NCBI GenBank assembly: GCA_903851045.1
Contig: CAINNF010000010.1
Span: forward strand, 1,258 to 65,257
Reading direction: 5' to 3'
DNA: 64,000 nucleotides
Origin: Candidatus Adlerbacteria bacterium
GTDB lineage: Bacteria > Patescibacteriota > Minisyncoccia > Phycocordibacterales > SBAW01
Shown here: piece by piece, positions 1-12,025 of the stretch
Position numbering within the stretch: position 1 is the stretch's first letter
How the letters are laid out: every line of letters starts with the position of its first letter
Program-made: the position numbers and the translations under genes
Notes under the pieces: generated by a model
Databases searched by the model: none
Told to the model about the DNA's origin: nothing
The model's input: the letters and a program-made list of their open reading frames with translations, nothing else

Positions 1-147
1 GATCTGTTCCTGCGAGTGCTCGAGGTGTATGGGGAGAGGTGCTCCAAAGAAAAGTACGATCCTGCAGACATTGTGCCGCAGGAGATGTTTCTTCTCGCAA
101 ATCTTATTGCGGCGAACTTCGAAGCGTACGCTGAGGAGCTCGCATAA
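1..147 (+). CDS. 3' end of a CDS that begins upstream of the window (C-terminal 48 aa, stop TAA at 145-147); product unknown
   Basis: Frame 1 is open from base 1 to the TAA at 145 (DLFLRV...AYAEELA*). No recognisable motif. Confidence 0.3.
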   Translation, partial: DLFLRVLEVYGERCSKEKYDPADIVPQEMFLLANLIAANFEAYAEELA

Positions 148-291
148 CCAAACCCGCCACACTACAGAACCGCCCACCGGGGCTTAACTGAGGTGTGGCG
201 GATTCTGTTTTATGTTCGACTCTTCACGCTTCCCATCGAACAAAAGACCGCATGCGCCGGGTCACGTGAGGGTCTTGCGTTCTATCTTGTA

Positions 292-876
292 TCACTGCGG
301 TATCGACCACTGCGAAGCGTTCGATATGACCGCATCGGCTATCTGCATATGTACATGGGCTTTTGCTTGCGCTTTTATGGAGATGAGCGCGACTGATGCC
401 GCTGTCACACGGAGCTTGACGAGGATCGGGGCAAGCGCCACTTGCAGATTTGCTGAACCAAGAGAACTCGTATCCGCAATCTGATGTTCTTGCGTATGCA
501 AGAGGTCATACAGACCACTCGCGATACTCGCAGCTTCTGCCGCACTACCAGCCTGCTGAAGCCTATCGACGACTCCGGTCATATTCGTGACATGTTCTTG
601 GATCGCGTTCGTCGTCGCTGTCTGCACTTTAGTGTCTAGACGACCATGGAGCGCGAGCGTTCGGGCCTCCTGCAGACGTTCAGTAAGTGTCAACAGGTCC
701 CACCGCGCACGCGCTTCGTCGGTGTTCGCGACGAATTTTTCGACCTGCTCGTTCACCGACACCTTGTACAGGTACAGCACATCACCCGGCAGAGCCGAGT
801 TCGCTTCATAGGATAGGGAGCCACCGATCGTCCCCAGAAGGACGACCAGGATGGTAAGGTACGCCATGTACCACAT
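292..876 (-). CDS. hypothetical membrane-anchored alpha-helical protein
   Basis: 194-aa ORF with an N-terminal hydrophobic helix (AYLTILVVLLGTIGG); the remainder is helical and Ala/Leu-rich. On the minus strand a TTGTCA...TAGAAT promoter-like pair sits immediately upstream. The true start is probably the second ATG at 867, which would be leaderless. Confidence 0.5.
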   Translation of the reverse strand: MWYMAYLTILVVLLGTIGGSLSYEANSALPGDVLYLYKVSVNEQVEKFVANTDEARARWDLLTLTERLQEARTLALHGRLDTKVQTATTNAIQEHVTNMTGVVDRLQQAGSAAEAASIASGLYDLLHTQEHQIADTSSLGSANLQVALAPILVKLRVTAASVALISIKAQAKAHVHMQIADAVISNASQWSIPQ

Positions 877-915
877 ATTCTACACTAGTTTTTTCGCTGA
901 CAAGTTGGTATAGTC

Positions 916-1707
916 ATGGTGTCTATGAAAGAATCCGGGCTACACATATCGCTCGCGGCCGAGCGTCTGGGGACACTGTGGGGTATTCCCATCACCAACA
1001 CGCTCGTCGCCGAATGGACGGTCATGATACTTCTGATGGTGACCGCTTTTTTTGTTGGGCGAAACCCGCGCCTCATCCCCGGCAAGGTGCAAAACTTCTT
1101 CGAACTCTTGTTGGAGTTCGTACTTAACTACATGGAGCAGATATTCGGTAGCCGCGCGCTGGCGATACGCTTCTTCCCGCTCGTCGTCACTATTTTTATC
1201 TTCGTCGCGTGCGCGAACCTGTTCGACTTCCTCCCGTTCGTCGGTAGCGTCGGCTTCACCACCACTGGCGGGGGATTCATTCCGCTCTTCCGTCCGGTCA
1301 ACACCGACCTTAACGTTACGCTGGCGCTCGCCATCATCTCCGTGCTCTCTATCGAAATCAGTGGCATCGTGGTCGTCGGCTTCTTCAAGTACGCGTCGAA
1401 GTTCATCAACTTCTCCTCGCCGCTCAACTTTGTGGTCGGCATCATCGAGCTGGTGTCCGAACTCTCACGCTTTATTTCCTTCTCCTTCCGTCTCTTCGGT
1501 AACATCTTCGCAGGCGAAGTCTTGCTCGCAGTCGCGGGATACTTCTTGCCCTACGTGCTTCCAGTGCCCATCATGATGTTCGAGACCTTCGTTGGCATCG
1601 TCCAAGGTGCTGTTTTCGCTATGCTCACCCTCTTCTTTATCAAACTCGCCATCGTCGAACCTCACTCGGCTGGTGGCCACAAGCACGAACCCGAAGCCGC
1701 ACACTAA
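916..1707 (+). CDS. atpB: F0F1 ATP synthase subunit a
   Basis: 263 aa, polytopic. Carries the conserved subunit-a C-terminal motif RLFGNIFAGE and first position in an atpB-E-F-H-A-G-D-C order. Confidence 0.9.
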   Translation: MVSMKESGLHISLAAERLGTLWGIPITNTLVAEWTVMILLMVTAFFVGRNPRLIPGKVQNFFELLLEFVLNYMEQIFGSRALAIRFFPLVVTIFIFVACANLFDFLPFVGSVGFTTTGGGFIPLFRPVNTDLNVTLALAIISVLSIEISGIVVVGFFKYASKFINFSSPLNFVVGIIELVSELSRFISFSFRLFGNIFAGEVLLAVAGYFLPYVLPVPIMMFETFVGIVQGAVFAMLTLFFIKLAIVEPHSAGGHKHEPEAAH

Positions 1708-1736
1708 TTGACACAAGCTTCTTTATACTATATAAA
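1708..1736 (+). promoter_or_regulatory. sigma70-like promoter: TTGACA, 17-bp spacer, TATAAA
   Basis: TTGACA at 1708-1713 and TATAAA at 1731-1736 with an exact 17-bp spacer. GGAGG at 1783-1787 lies 5 nt before the ATG at 1793. Confidence 0.5.
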
Positions 1737-1792
1737 AGCACCAGCTAGTAACCCATGTCGGGTTTCAGCGCAATGAGCAGAGGAGGTCGAAA

Positions 1793-2236
1793 ATGGAGGC
1801 CCTGGTTATCTTCATAACTACTATGGTACTATGCCCCGCGATTGTAGTTACGGGTCAAAATTTTTTGCTGGTTGCTAAGGGTATCTTCAACTCGTTTATG
1901 TCGCCGGGGAATGCGGCATATGTGGTGTATCGCAACGTGTCTTCTGGTACGTCAAAAATTGTAGTGATGCGATACCAAGTCAATTCCAAGCACAATGCTT
2001 CGGTCGATTGCGACGAAGTCGCCGAAGCCGCTCGTTGGGTCAAGGATGACGCCAAGACTCTTGCGTCACTGAAAAAGCGTTCACTGAATCACGGCCTCAA
2101 CTTCGGACCCCCCAGCAAGCGCAGCATCACCTGGGACAGTGCTGCAGACCGAAATTCTGTCCAGAATCCCGTTCTGCGCTCGCCCCTCACCGAGGCTGAG
2201 CAGGCGGAGTTCTGGCGAATATTCACTACCGCTTGA
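1793..2236 (+). CDS. hypothetical small protein with a hydrophobic N-terminus, inserted between atpB and atpE
   Basis: 147-aa ORF with a consensus promoter, a GGAGG RBS, and an intrinsic terminator downstream. No recognisable domain. Confidence 0.5.
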   Translation: MEALVIFITTMVLCPAIVVTGQNFLLVAKGIFNSFMSPGNAAYVVYRNVSSGTSKIVVMRYQVNSKHNASVDCDEVAEAARWVKDDAKTLASLKKRSLNHGLNFGPPSKRSITWDSAADRNSVQNPVLRSPLTEAEQAEFWRIFTTA

Positions 2237-2278
2237 TTGGCTGTAGCTCGAACAGTCACGAATAGTCCGCACCCCATG

Positions 2279-2313
2279 CCGCACACAACAAAGACGTTGT
2301 GTGCGGTCTTTTC
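2279..2313 (+). terminator. rho-independent terminator (11-bp perfect stem plus U-tract)
   Basis: ccgcacacaac / aaagac / gttgtgtgcgg, followed by tcttttc. Confidence 0.6.
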
Positions 2314-2398
2314 TATACAATCAAAGGTAAGCGCCGCCCAGTGGTCTATGTCGGGTGTTTGTGTTAAAGTGTAGTCATTATTCTTATTGATAGGCTAG

Positions 2399-2638
<240 letters not shown>

Positions 2639-2654
2639 ATCCAACTTCTTCTGT

Positions 2655-3101
2655 ATGAACGCACTCCTCGCAGCATTCGGCATCGATTGGCGGCTTCTGC
2701 TGATCAATCTTCTCAACTTCGGGATCCTTCTCGCGGTACTTTGGTATTTTCTGTACACACCGCTAACAAAGATGCTTGAGGCGCGCCGACAGCGCGTCAT
2801 CGAGGGTGTCGAACGTGCCAACGAGGCCGACCGAAAGCTTGTCGAGATAGAAGAGTCGCGCGCCGACTTGCTCGCGCGGGCAGGCAAGGAAGCTGAGGAT
2901 GTCGTTGCGACCGCGCGCACAGCGGCACTGCAAAAGCAGCAGGAGATCATCGCGCAAGGCGAGACGGGGGCCGCGAACATCCTCTCGGACGCGCAGGCAC
3001 AGGCGGCAGAACTCAAGCGCGAGGCGCTGGCGCAGAGTAAACAGGAGGTCGCGAAGCTTATCGTGCTCGGTATGGACCGATTGGCCGAAAAACGAACATG
3101 A
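2655..3101 (+). CDS. atpF: F0F1 ATP synthase subunit b
   Basis: One N-terminal TM helix (LLLINLLNFGILLAVLWYFLY) then a long charged coiled coil; position after atpE. The ORF-track start at 2592 overlaps atpE; the ATG at 2655 is the likelier start. Confidence 0.8.
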   Translation: MNALLAAFGIDWRLLLINLLNFGILLAVLWYFLYTPLTKMLEARRQRVIEGVERANEADRKLVEIEESRADLLARAGKEAEDVVATARTAALQKQQEIIAQGETGAANILSDAQAQAAELKREALAQSKQEVAKLIVLGMDRLAEKRT

Positions 3102-3355
3102 CCATCGAAGCCCAATACGCCGCCGCACTGCACGCACTCATAGAGAAGGAACCGGCGAAAGCGGGTGAGTATCTTTCGAGTCTCAAAAAAACACTTGAAC
3201 GTAAGGGCCACCAAAAACTACTCGGTCGGATCTTCGCCGAGTACCGGCGTGACATCGAGAAAAAGAAGCGGTTCGATAGCTATAGAGAGATTACTCCCGA
3301 ACACGAACGAACGCGGACACTTCTGGAGCTCTATCGGACACTCATAACATCGTAA
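3098..3355 (+). CDS. atpH: putative truncated ATP synthase delta (OSCP) subunit
   Basis: 85-aa helical ORF in the delta position between b and alpha, about half the usual delta length. Assignment rests on synteny and helical character. Confidence 0.5.
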   Translation: MTIEAQYAAALHALIEKEPAKAGEYLSSLKKTLERKGHQKLLGRIFAEYRRDIEKKKRFDSYREITPEHERTRTLLELYRTLITS

Positions 3356-3360
3356 CTTGT

Positions 3361-4920
3361 ATGCAAAACTTCATCGAACAATTTAAAAAAGAGATAGAGA
3401 CCTTCACTCCCACTCCTCGTGCCACGAACACGGGTTTGGTCATGCGCGTGGGCGACGGCGTGGCCGAGATAGAAGGGCTCGAGGGGGCGGTGATGTCCGA
3501 GATGGTGCGCTTTGTGACCGCGGGCAAGAAACCGCTTGAAAAGGCGATCGAGACGACCGACGTGTTCGGTGTCGTACTTAACCTCGAAGAGGAGTCGGTG
3601 CGTGCCATCATCCTCGGCGACGCCTCACAGGTGAGCGAAGGCATGACGGTCGAGTCGACCGGGCAAGTGCTCTCTATCCCCGTCGGGGATGGACTTCTTG
3701 GGCGCGTGGTAAGTCCTTTGGGAGAACCCCTCGACGGGCTCGGGGCGATTGCAAGCAATCGGCGAAACCCTATCGAGCGCGAAGCATATGGTGTTATGGA
3801 TCGCCAGTCGGTGAACCAGCCGTTGCATACCGGCATCAAGGCTATCGACTCGATGATCCCAATCGGCCGCGGCCAACGCGAGCTCATCATCGGCGACCGC
3901 TACACCGGCAAGACGACCGTGGCGATGGACACCATCCTCAACCAGAAGTCCGAGCCGAAGGAGTCACGCCCTATTTGTATATATGTGTCGATCGGTCAGA
4001 AGGAGTCAAAGACAGCGCGTCTTGTGGGACTCTTGCGTGAGCGCGGTGCGCTCGAGTACTCGATCATCGTCGATGCAGGCGCTTCGGCTCCGGCGGCACT
4101 CCAATATCTTGCTCCATTCGCAGGCGCGGCTATCGGCGAGTTCTTTATGGACTCTGGTCGCGATGCGCTCATCATCTACGACGACCTCTCCAAGCACGCG
4201 GTCGCGTATCGTCAGCTCTCGCTCCTCCTGCGCCGCCCACCGGGCCGCGAGGCATACCCAGGCGACGTCTTCTACCTACACTCTCGCTTGCTCGAGCGCG
4301 CGGCGAAGCTGTCGAAGGAGAAGGGTGGCGGCTCGCTCACCGCGCTCCCGGTTATTGAGACGCAAGAAGGCGATGTCTCTGGCTACATCCCGACCAACGT
4401 CATCTCCATCACCGATGGTCAGATCTTCCTCGAAACCGACCTCTTCAACAAAGGTATGCGCCCTGCCATCAATGCTGGCATCTCGGTGTCGCGCGTGGGT
4501 TCCGCTGCCCAGACCAAGGCGATGAAGCGCGTTTCGGGCAAGATCAAACTCGAACTCGCACAATTCCGCGAACTTGAGGCCTTTATGCAGTTCTCCCAAG
4601 ACCTCGACCCGGACACCAAGCGCCGCATCGACGCGGGCCAGCGACTTATGGCGGTACTCAAGCAGAAGAATGGTCTGCCGATACCGTTCGAGCGGCAGTC
4701 GGTCATCATCTACTCGGCGGTCAACGGCTATCTTGCGAAAGTTTCCGTCGAGCAGGTACCAGAGTTCGAAGAGAAGCTGCTCGGATTCCTCGACACCAAT
4801 TACAAAGACTTGCTTCCGACCATCGCAAAATCACGCGAGATTAGCGAGTCGTCCGAGACGACGCTGAAGGAGGCGCTCGCGAAGTTCCAGGAGGTGCAGC
4901 GCGACTTGTTCGCTCAATAA
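3361..4920 (+). CDS. atpA: F0F1 ATP synthase subunit alpha
   Basis: 519 aa; Walker A GDRYTGKTT; clear alpha-subunit similarity throughout. Confidence 0.95.
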   Translation: MQNFIEQFKKEIETFTPTPRATNTGLVMRVGDGVAEIEGLEGAVMSEMVRFVTAGKKPLEKAIETTDVFGVVLNLEEESVRAIILGDASQVSEGMTVESTGQVLSIPVGDGLLGRVVSPLGEPLDGLGAIASNRRNPIEREAYGVMDRQSVNQPLHTGIKAIDSMIPIGRGQRELIIGDRYTGKTTVAMDTILNQKSEPKESRPICIYVSIGQKESKTARLVGLLRERGALEYSIIVDAGASAPAALQYLAPFAGAAIGEFFMDSGRDALIIYDDLSKHAVAYRQLSLLLRRPPGREAYPGDVFYLHSRLLERAAKLSKEKGGGSLTALPVIETQEGDVSGYIPTNVISITDGQIFLETDLFNKGMRPAINAGISVSRVGSAAQTKAMKRVSGKIKLELAQFRELEAFMQFSQDLDPDTKRRIDAGQRLMAVLKQKNGLPIPFERQSVIIYSAVNGYLAKVSVEQVPEFEEKLLGFLDTNYKDLLPTIAKSREISESSETTLKEALAKFQEVQRDLFAQ

Positions 4921-4923
4921 TCT

Positions 4924-7591
<2,668 letters not shown>

Positions 7592-7660
7592 ACTTGTAAC
7601 CTTGTTTTTTGTCCGCGACTCCTGTACAACCGAGAGACGCTTTTTTGCGTTATACAGTAT

Positions 7661-8410
7661 ATGCAGCCACTCATTCTCGCCGCAGGCAAGGGCACTCGTA
7701 TGCGTTCGACACTACCGAAGGCTCTCTTTAAGATCGAGGGTACACCGATGGTCGGTCTGATCGCCGACACTATCGCACAAGTGCCCGACTTACAGCAACC
7801 GATCATCGTGGTCGGATATGGGGCAGAGGACATCAAAGAATATTTCGGACACTCCTGCCGGTACGCACATCAAACCGAACTCAGCGGCACTGGCTCTGCG
7901 GTCGCCGCGGCGCTCCCGCTCCTACCGAAGGAGGGATATGTCTTCATCTTGTACGGCGACCAACCGTTTTTGACGCCTGAAACACTCGAATCGATCGTCA
8001 CCATATGCACCACACATCGACCAACGCTCGTGCAGTCGACCGTTCTGCTTTCCGATTTCGACGACTGGCGCTCGGTGTTCCTGCACTATGGCCGCATCGT
8101 TCGCGACAGCACCGGGAGGATACATCGTCTCGTGGAATATAAGAACGCCACTGACGACGAGCGCCTGATCACCGAGGTCAACCCAGGACTCATCGCTGTC
8201 GAAGCGAGTTGGCTGCACGAAGCGATACATCAGATCACCCCCAACGAGATCAGCGGAGAATATTATCTCACCGACCTACTCGCGCTCGCTCGACACCAAG
8301 GCAAAAGGGTCGAGTCCGTGAGCATCGGCGAGACCGAAGCGTTGGGTATAAACTCACCCGAGGACGCAGAACACGCACTTCGCGTCGTTTCAAACAATCG
8401 CGCTTTGTAG
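7661..8410 (+). CDS. sugar-phosphate nucleotidyltransferase (GlmU N-terminal pyrophosphorylase-like domain only)
   Basis: N-terminal LAAGKGTRM signature of the NTP_transferase family. At 249 aa it lacks a left-handed beta-helix acetyltransferase domain. Confidence 0.7.
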   Translation: MQPLILAAGKGTRMRSTLPKALFKIEGTPMVGLIADTIAQVPDLQQPIIVVGYGAEDIKEYFGHSCRYAHQTELSGTGSAVAAALPLLPKEGYVFILYGDQPFLTPETLESIVTICTTHRPTLVQSTVLLSDFDDWRSVFLHYGRIVRDSTGRIHRLVEYKNATDDERLITEVNPGLIAVEASWLHEAIHQITPNEISGEYYLTDLLALARHQGKRVESVSIGETEALGINSPEDAEHALRVVSNNRAL

Positions 8411-8432
8411 TATATTTCTGAAGTGCCCCCAA

Positions 8433-8503
8433 GGGCCCATAGTTCAGCGGTAGAACGCGTCCATGGCATGGACGAGGTCGGGGTCCGACTCCCCGTGGGT
8501 CCA
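8433..8503 (+). tRNA. tRNA-Ala (anticodon GGC)
   Basis: Hand-folded cloverleaf: acceptor GGGCCCA/TGGGTCC (one G-U pair); D arm GTTC-AGCGGTA-GAAC; anticodon arm CGTCC-ATGGCAT-GGACG; T arm CGGGG-TCCGACT-CCCCG; discriminator A. CCA is not encoded. Confidence 0.85.
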
Positions 8504-8637
8504 CTAATTTAAGGAGCGAAGCGACTATAAGTTAGTAGCACTCGACAGTGCGACGAGGCGTCGGATGCCGTGCGTAGCAACGGCGCCACGAAAAAACATG
8601 AGCGAAGCGTCCATATTTTATATGGTACACTTTTAGC

Positions 8638-9663
8638 ATGTCGGTTCCGCTCGAGATAGTCGACCTTTTGTTCTTTTGTATACAGCAATTCGGTATCTTG
8701 CTGGGTGTCGGTGGAGAGGTGGTAGTGCTCGTATCATATCTACTCGCTATTCGCGACCACACGATCGATGCTGCGGAGGTCGGTTCTTTTCGAAAAGTGC
8801 GCGGTGCGGTGAATCTCGGCCTCGGGTGTATCGCTATCTCTGGACTGGGCATTACCGCGATCCATGGCATAAGTGCACAAATGGATATCCTCGCGCAGCC
8901 AGCATATATCAGCAAATGGCTTCTTGTCTGTATGATATTTGGCCTTGCTTTCTATACTAAAAGGCTCGAACTGTCGAAGGGCATAGCTGAGGGTGTCGTG
9001 GGCGCGATATGGCTCGCCATGCTTGTGCTACACATAACGGCCCCGATTATAACCTGGGGCTTGCTTGGAGCTCTCTTCGGTGCATGGATACTCGTCTTTA
9101 TGACCATCTGGGTCGGTGTCGTGTACGCGATTGGCGGCAAAGAGGCACTGTGGACACCCAGAGTGCCGTCAGCGGTTCAGCAAGAGGAACCGGAGACACC
9201 GACAGAGCCAACACCATCACACACGCCGATTCTTGCAACACTGGCGCCAAGTCCACGACCATCGACTCCGGCAACCCCGCCACCAACACTACCGATAGCA
9301 AAGATACAACCATATGTACCGGTGGCACCACCTCCACCTAAAAACACAGAGGTTGCGGCGCCGCAGAAAGAACGACCGAAGCAGATCCAGTCCTTGTCCG
9401 AACTCTCTTTGCAGGACGAAGAATTTCCGTATAAAAAGACGGTCATCGACCGAACCGAGGTCCTCCACCCTCACCTCACCGGAGAAGGCGAGGCCGCCAA
9501 AGTATTACCACCACCGCCACCACCACCAAGCACCGACGTCACACCAAGTTCGCAACCAACCAAGGAATCGGATACGACCAGTTTACCCGCATTACATATC
9601 ATGCCACAGTCACCGGAAGATCTTGGTACACAGTATCGCGGGCCTGTTGCGAAATATGGCTAA
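8638..9663 (+). CDS. polytopic membrane protein with a long Pro-rich C-terminal tail
   Basis: About five predicted TM helices in the first 170 aa, then low-complexity P/T/S/A-rich sequence including PPPPPPPS. No known domain recognised. Confidence 0.55.
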   Translation: MSVPLEIVDLLFFCIQQFGILLGVGGEVVVLVSYLLAIRDHTIDAAEVGSFRKVRGAVNLGLGCIAISGLGITAIHGISAQMDILAQPAYISKWLLVCMIFGLAFYTKRLELSKGIAEGVVGAIWLAMLVLHITAPIITWGLLGALFGAWILVFMTIWVGVVYAIGGKEALWTPRVPSAVQQEEPETPTEPTPSHTPILATLAPSPRPSTPATPPPTLPIAKIQPYVPVAPPPPKNTEVAAPQKERPKQIQSLSELSLQDEEFPYKKTVIDRTEVLHPHLTGEGEAAKVLPPPPPPPSTDVTPSSQPTKESDTTSLPALHIMPQSPEDLGTQYRGPVAKYG

Positions 9664-9690
9664 CATAATTTCGATGTTATAGTTTGAGAC

Positions 9691-10305
9691 ATGAGTTTCT
9701 TTTCGGAGAGAAGACAAAAAAAGATCGTATTGCTCCTCGGTCATCCGGATGTCGAGGCGACGCATTCGAGCGAACTAGCTCTGCTGTATGAAGTGTCCGC
9801 AAAAAAGGCCGGCCACGAGGTAAAGCGATTCAATCTCGCAGAGATGCACTTTGACCCCATCCTTCATCGGGGGTATCGAAAGCGACAAGACCTCGAACCC
9901 GACCTTGTCGCACTCCAGGACGCTATCCGGTGGTGCGACCATTTCGTACTGATCTATCCGACCTGGTGGTGTTCATTGCCCGCACTCCTCAAAGGACTGT
10001 TCGACCGCATGTGGCTTGCCGGCTTTGCTTTCAAATTCTATAAGACCGGGTGGCGAGCGGCGCTCAGCCAGCACGAGAAACTGCTTGCAGGAAAGACCGC
10101 TCGGGTGATAACACTGTCTGCCGTCCAGCCGGTACTATTGCAGCTTTTCCAAAGCAACCATACGGCCGTCATCAAAAAAAGTATCTTGAGTTTCGCTGGT
10201 TTTCGAACCAGCATCACACGCTTCGGCCCGTCGCTCAAGGCCCCGGAGTGGAAGTGGAGCGAGTGGCGCCACCACGTCGCCCACCTTGGCCGACTTGGGG
10301 AGTAG
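9691..10305 (+). CDS. NAD(P)H-dependent oxidoreductase of the flavodoxin-like fold (NAD(P)H dehydrogenase (quinone) / MdaB-KefF-like family)
   Basis: IVLLLGHP...LIYPTWWCSLPALLKG pattern typical of Flavodoxin_2 family NAD(P)H quinone oxidoreductases; 204 aa. Confidence 0.65.
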   Translation: MSFFSERRQKKIVLLLGHPDVEATHSSELALLYEVSAKKAGHEVKRFNLAEMHFDPILHRGYRKRQDLEPDLVALQDAIRWCDHFVLIYPTWWCSLPALLKGLFDRMWLAGFAFKFYKTGWRAALSQHEKLLAGKTARVITLSAVQPVLLQLFQSNHTAVIKKSILSFAGFRTSITRFGPSLKAPEWKWSEWRHHVAHLGRLGE

Positions 10306-10362
10306 ACTGTATGTAAAAGCGCCGTCCATTGCTGGGCAGCGCTTTGAACACATACCTTTTGC

Positions 10363-10743
10363 TTACAGTTTTGGCGTCATATGATACTTGAGCAAAAATG
10401 TGGATGTTGGATACTTTTGTGCGATCACTGAGAGGTTCGCTTCAAGATCCGCGAGAACTTCCTCGAGCAAGCTTCGCGTTTCCTCCTCCCACACCCATAT
10501 CTCGCCAGAGATGGTGACTATACCATCCGAGGTCGAGATAAAAATATTTTGCGCTTCGCAAGGGAGATTGGTGAGATGGTTGAGTGGGGCGATCATCCTA
10601 CTGGTAAGGTTGTAGAAACCGAACGCCTCAACGGATACTTTTTCGCCATCGTAGAAAATCGTAAATTCTGTATGAGAATCTCTATCCGGCGTGTCGATTC
10701 CATCAGGATAGTCACTCGGCCTTTTGAACACAATCTTAATCAT
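10363..10743 (-). CDS. hypothetical protein
   Basis: The ORF runs to 10785, but its first ATG sits inside a perfect TATAAT -10 element. GGGAGAG-N5-ATG at 10743 (MIKIVFKRP...) is the likelier start. No domain recognised. Confidence 0.5.
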   Translation of the reverse strand: MIKIVFKRPSDYPDGIDTPDRDSHTEFTIFYDGEKVSVEAFGFYNLTSRMIAPLNHLTNLPCEAQNIFISTSDGIVTISGEIWVWEEETRSLLEEVLADLEANLSVIAQKYPTSTFLLKYHMTPKL

Positions 10744-10849
10744 TTCACTCTCCCGTTTGAGCAGCTTAAAGTACCATAACAGCATTATACTAAATGGTCA
10801 AGCGTTCTGTATTTTCTTTTATGCTAAATATGTCGTATGGTAAAGACCT

Positions 10850-11950
10850 ATGGAAATATCAGTCGGCATTGTGGGGCTACCGAACGTGGGGAAGTCCACG
10901 CTTTTTAACGCTTTGACCAACAAGAGTGTGTTGGCGGCGAATTATCCGTTCGCGACCATCGACCCGTCGGTCGGTGTCGTCTCTGTGCCGGACGCGCGCG
11001 TCGACAAACTTGCCGAGTTTTCGCAATCTGCCAAGAAAATTCCGGCCGCGATCGAGTTCGTCGACATCGCGGGCCTCGTCAAAGGGGCAAGCGAGGGTGA
11101 AGGGTTGGGTAACAAATTCCTCTCCCACATCCGCGAAGTCAGCGCTATAGCCCAAGTGGTGCGCGTGTTCGACAACCCGAGCATCCTCCACGTCGATGAA
11201 AAGGTCGACCCGGTGAGCGACATCGAGACGATCAATCTCGAGCTCGTGCTCGCCGATGTCGAGACAGTAGAGAAACGCCATGGGACGCTCGAGCGTGACA
11301 TCAAACGAGGCGTCAAAGAGGCGCAGGTCGAATTCGCCGCGATCGAAAAGGCTCATGAGGTGTTACTCGCGGGCCAACTCGCCCAAACCGCTCAGTTCAC
11401 TCCAGAGGAGCGGGCCGCGATCAAGGGTCTCCACTTGCTCACCATGAAGCCGATGCTCTATGTGCTCAACCGCGAGTCCGGCGGCCATAACCTCGACGAG
11501 GTCACCGACGGCCGGTGGACGAAGCTGATGGAGTATATCGAAAAGAACGACGCCTCCTACGTGGTCGTCGATGCCAATGTCGAAAGTGACCTGCGTGAGC
11601 TGGCAGCAGAGGACAAAGAGTCCTTCCGCCGCGAATACGGTGTCTTTGACGACGGCGTCAACGACCTCATTCGTGCCGGCTACAAGCTCCTCAGTCTCAT
11701 CAGCTTCTTCACCACCGGTGCCGACGAGACCCGCGCATGGACGATAACCAACGGCTCGACCGCACCTATCGCCGGAGCCGCTATCCACACCGACTTTAAA
11801 GATAAGTTCATTCGTGCCGAAGTCATCGAATGGAATAAGCTGCTGGAGGCGGGCTCCTACGCCAAAGCGCGTGAGCAGGGCTTGGTACGAACCGAAGGGA
11901 AGGAGTATGTCGTCAAAGATGGCGACGTTATGGAGTTCTTGCACGGCTAA
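10850..11950 (+). CDS. ychF: ribosome-binding ATPase YchF (Obg-family GTPase)
   Basis: GIVGLPNVGKSTLFNALT P-loop, DIAGLV motif and a C-terminal TGS-like domain; 366 aa. Confidence 0.95.
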   Translation: MEISVGIVGLPNVGKSTLFNALTNKSVLAANYPFATIDPSVGVVSVPDARVDKLAEFSQSAKKIPAAIEFVDIAGLVKGASEGEGLGNKFLSHIREVSAIAQVVRVFDNPSILHVDEKVDPVSDIETINLELVLADVETVEKRHGTLERDIKRGVKEAQVEFAAIEKAHEVLLAGQLAQTAQFTPEERAAIKGLHLLTMKPMLYVLNRESGGHNLDEVTDGRWTKLMEYIEKNDASYVVVDANVESDLRELAAEDKESFRREYGVFDDGVNDLIRAGYKLLSLISFFTTGADETRAWTITNGSTAPIAGAAIHTDFKDKFIRAEVIEWNKLLEAGSYAKAREQGLVRTEGKEYVVKDGDVMEFLHG

Positions 11951-12025
11951 GAGTTACATTCCTAATTTCTACAAGTGTGGTATGCTATACCACATATTTA
12001 GTAGTAGGTAATCGGCACCACACAT

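Noticed and set aside
1052-1576. 174-aa Ser-rich plus-strand ORF inside atpB in another frame
   Set aside because: It is an alternative-frame artefact within a confidently assigned gene.
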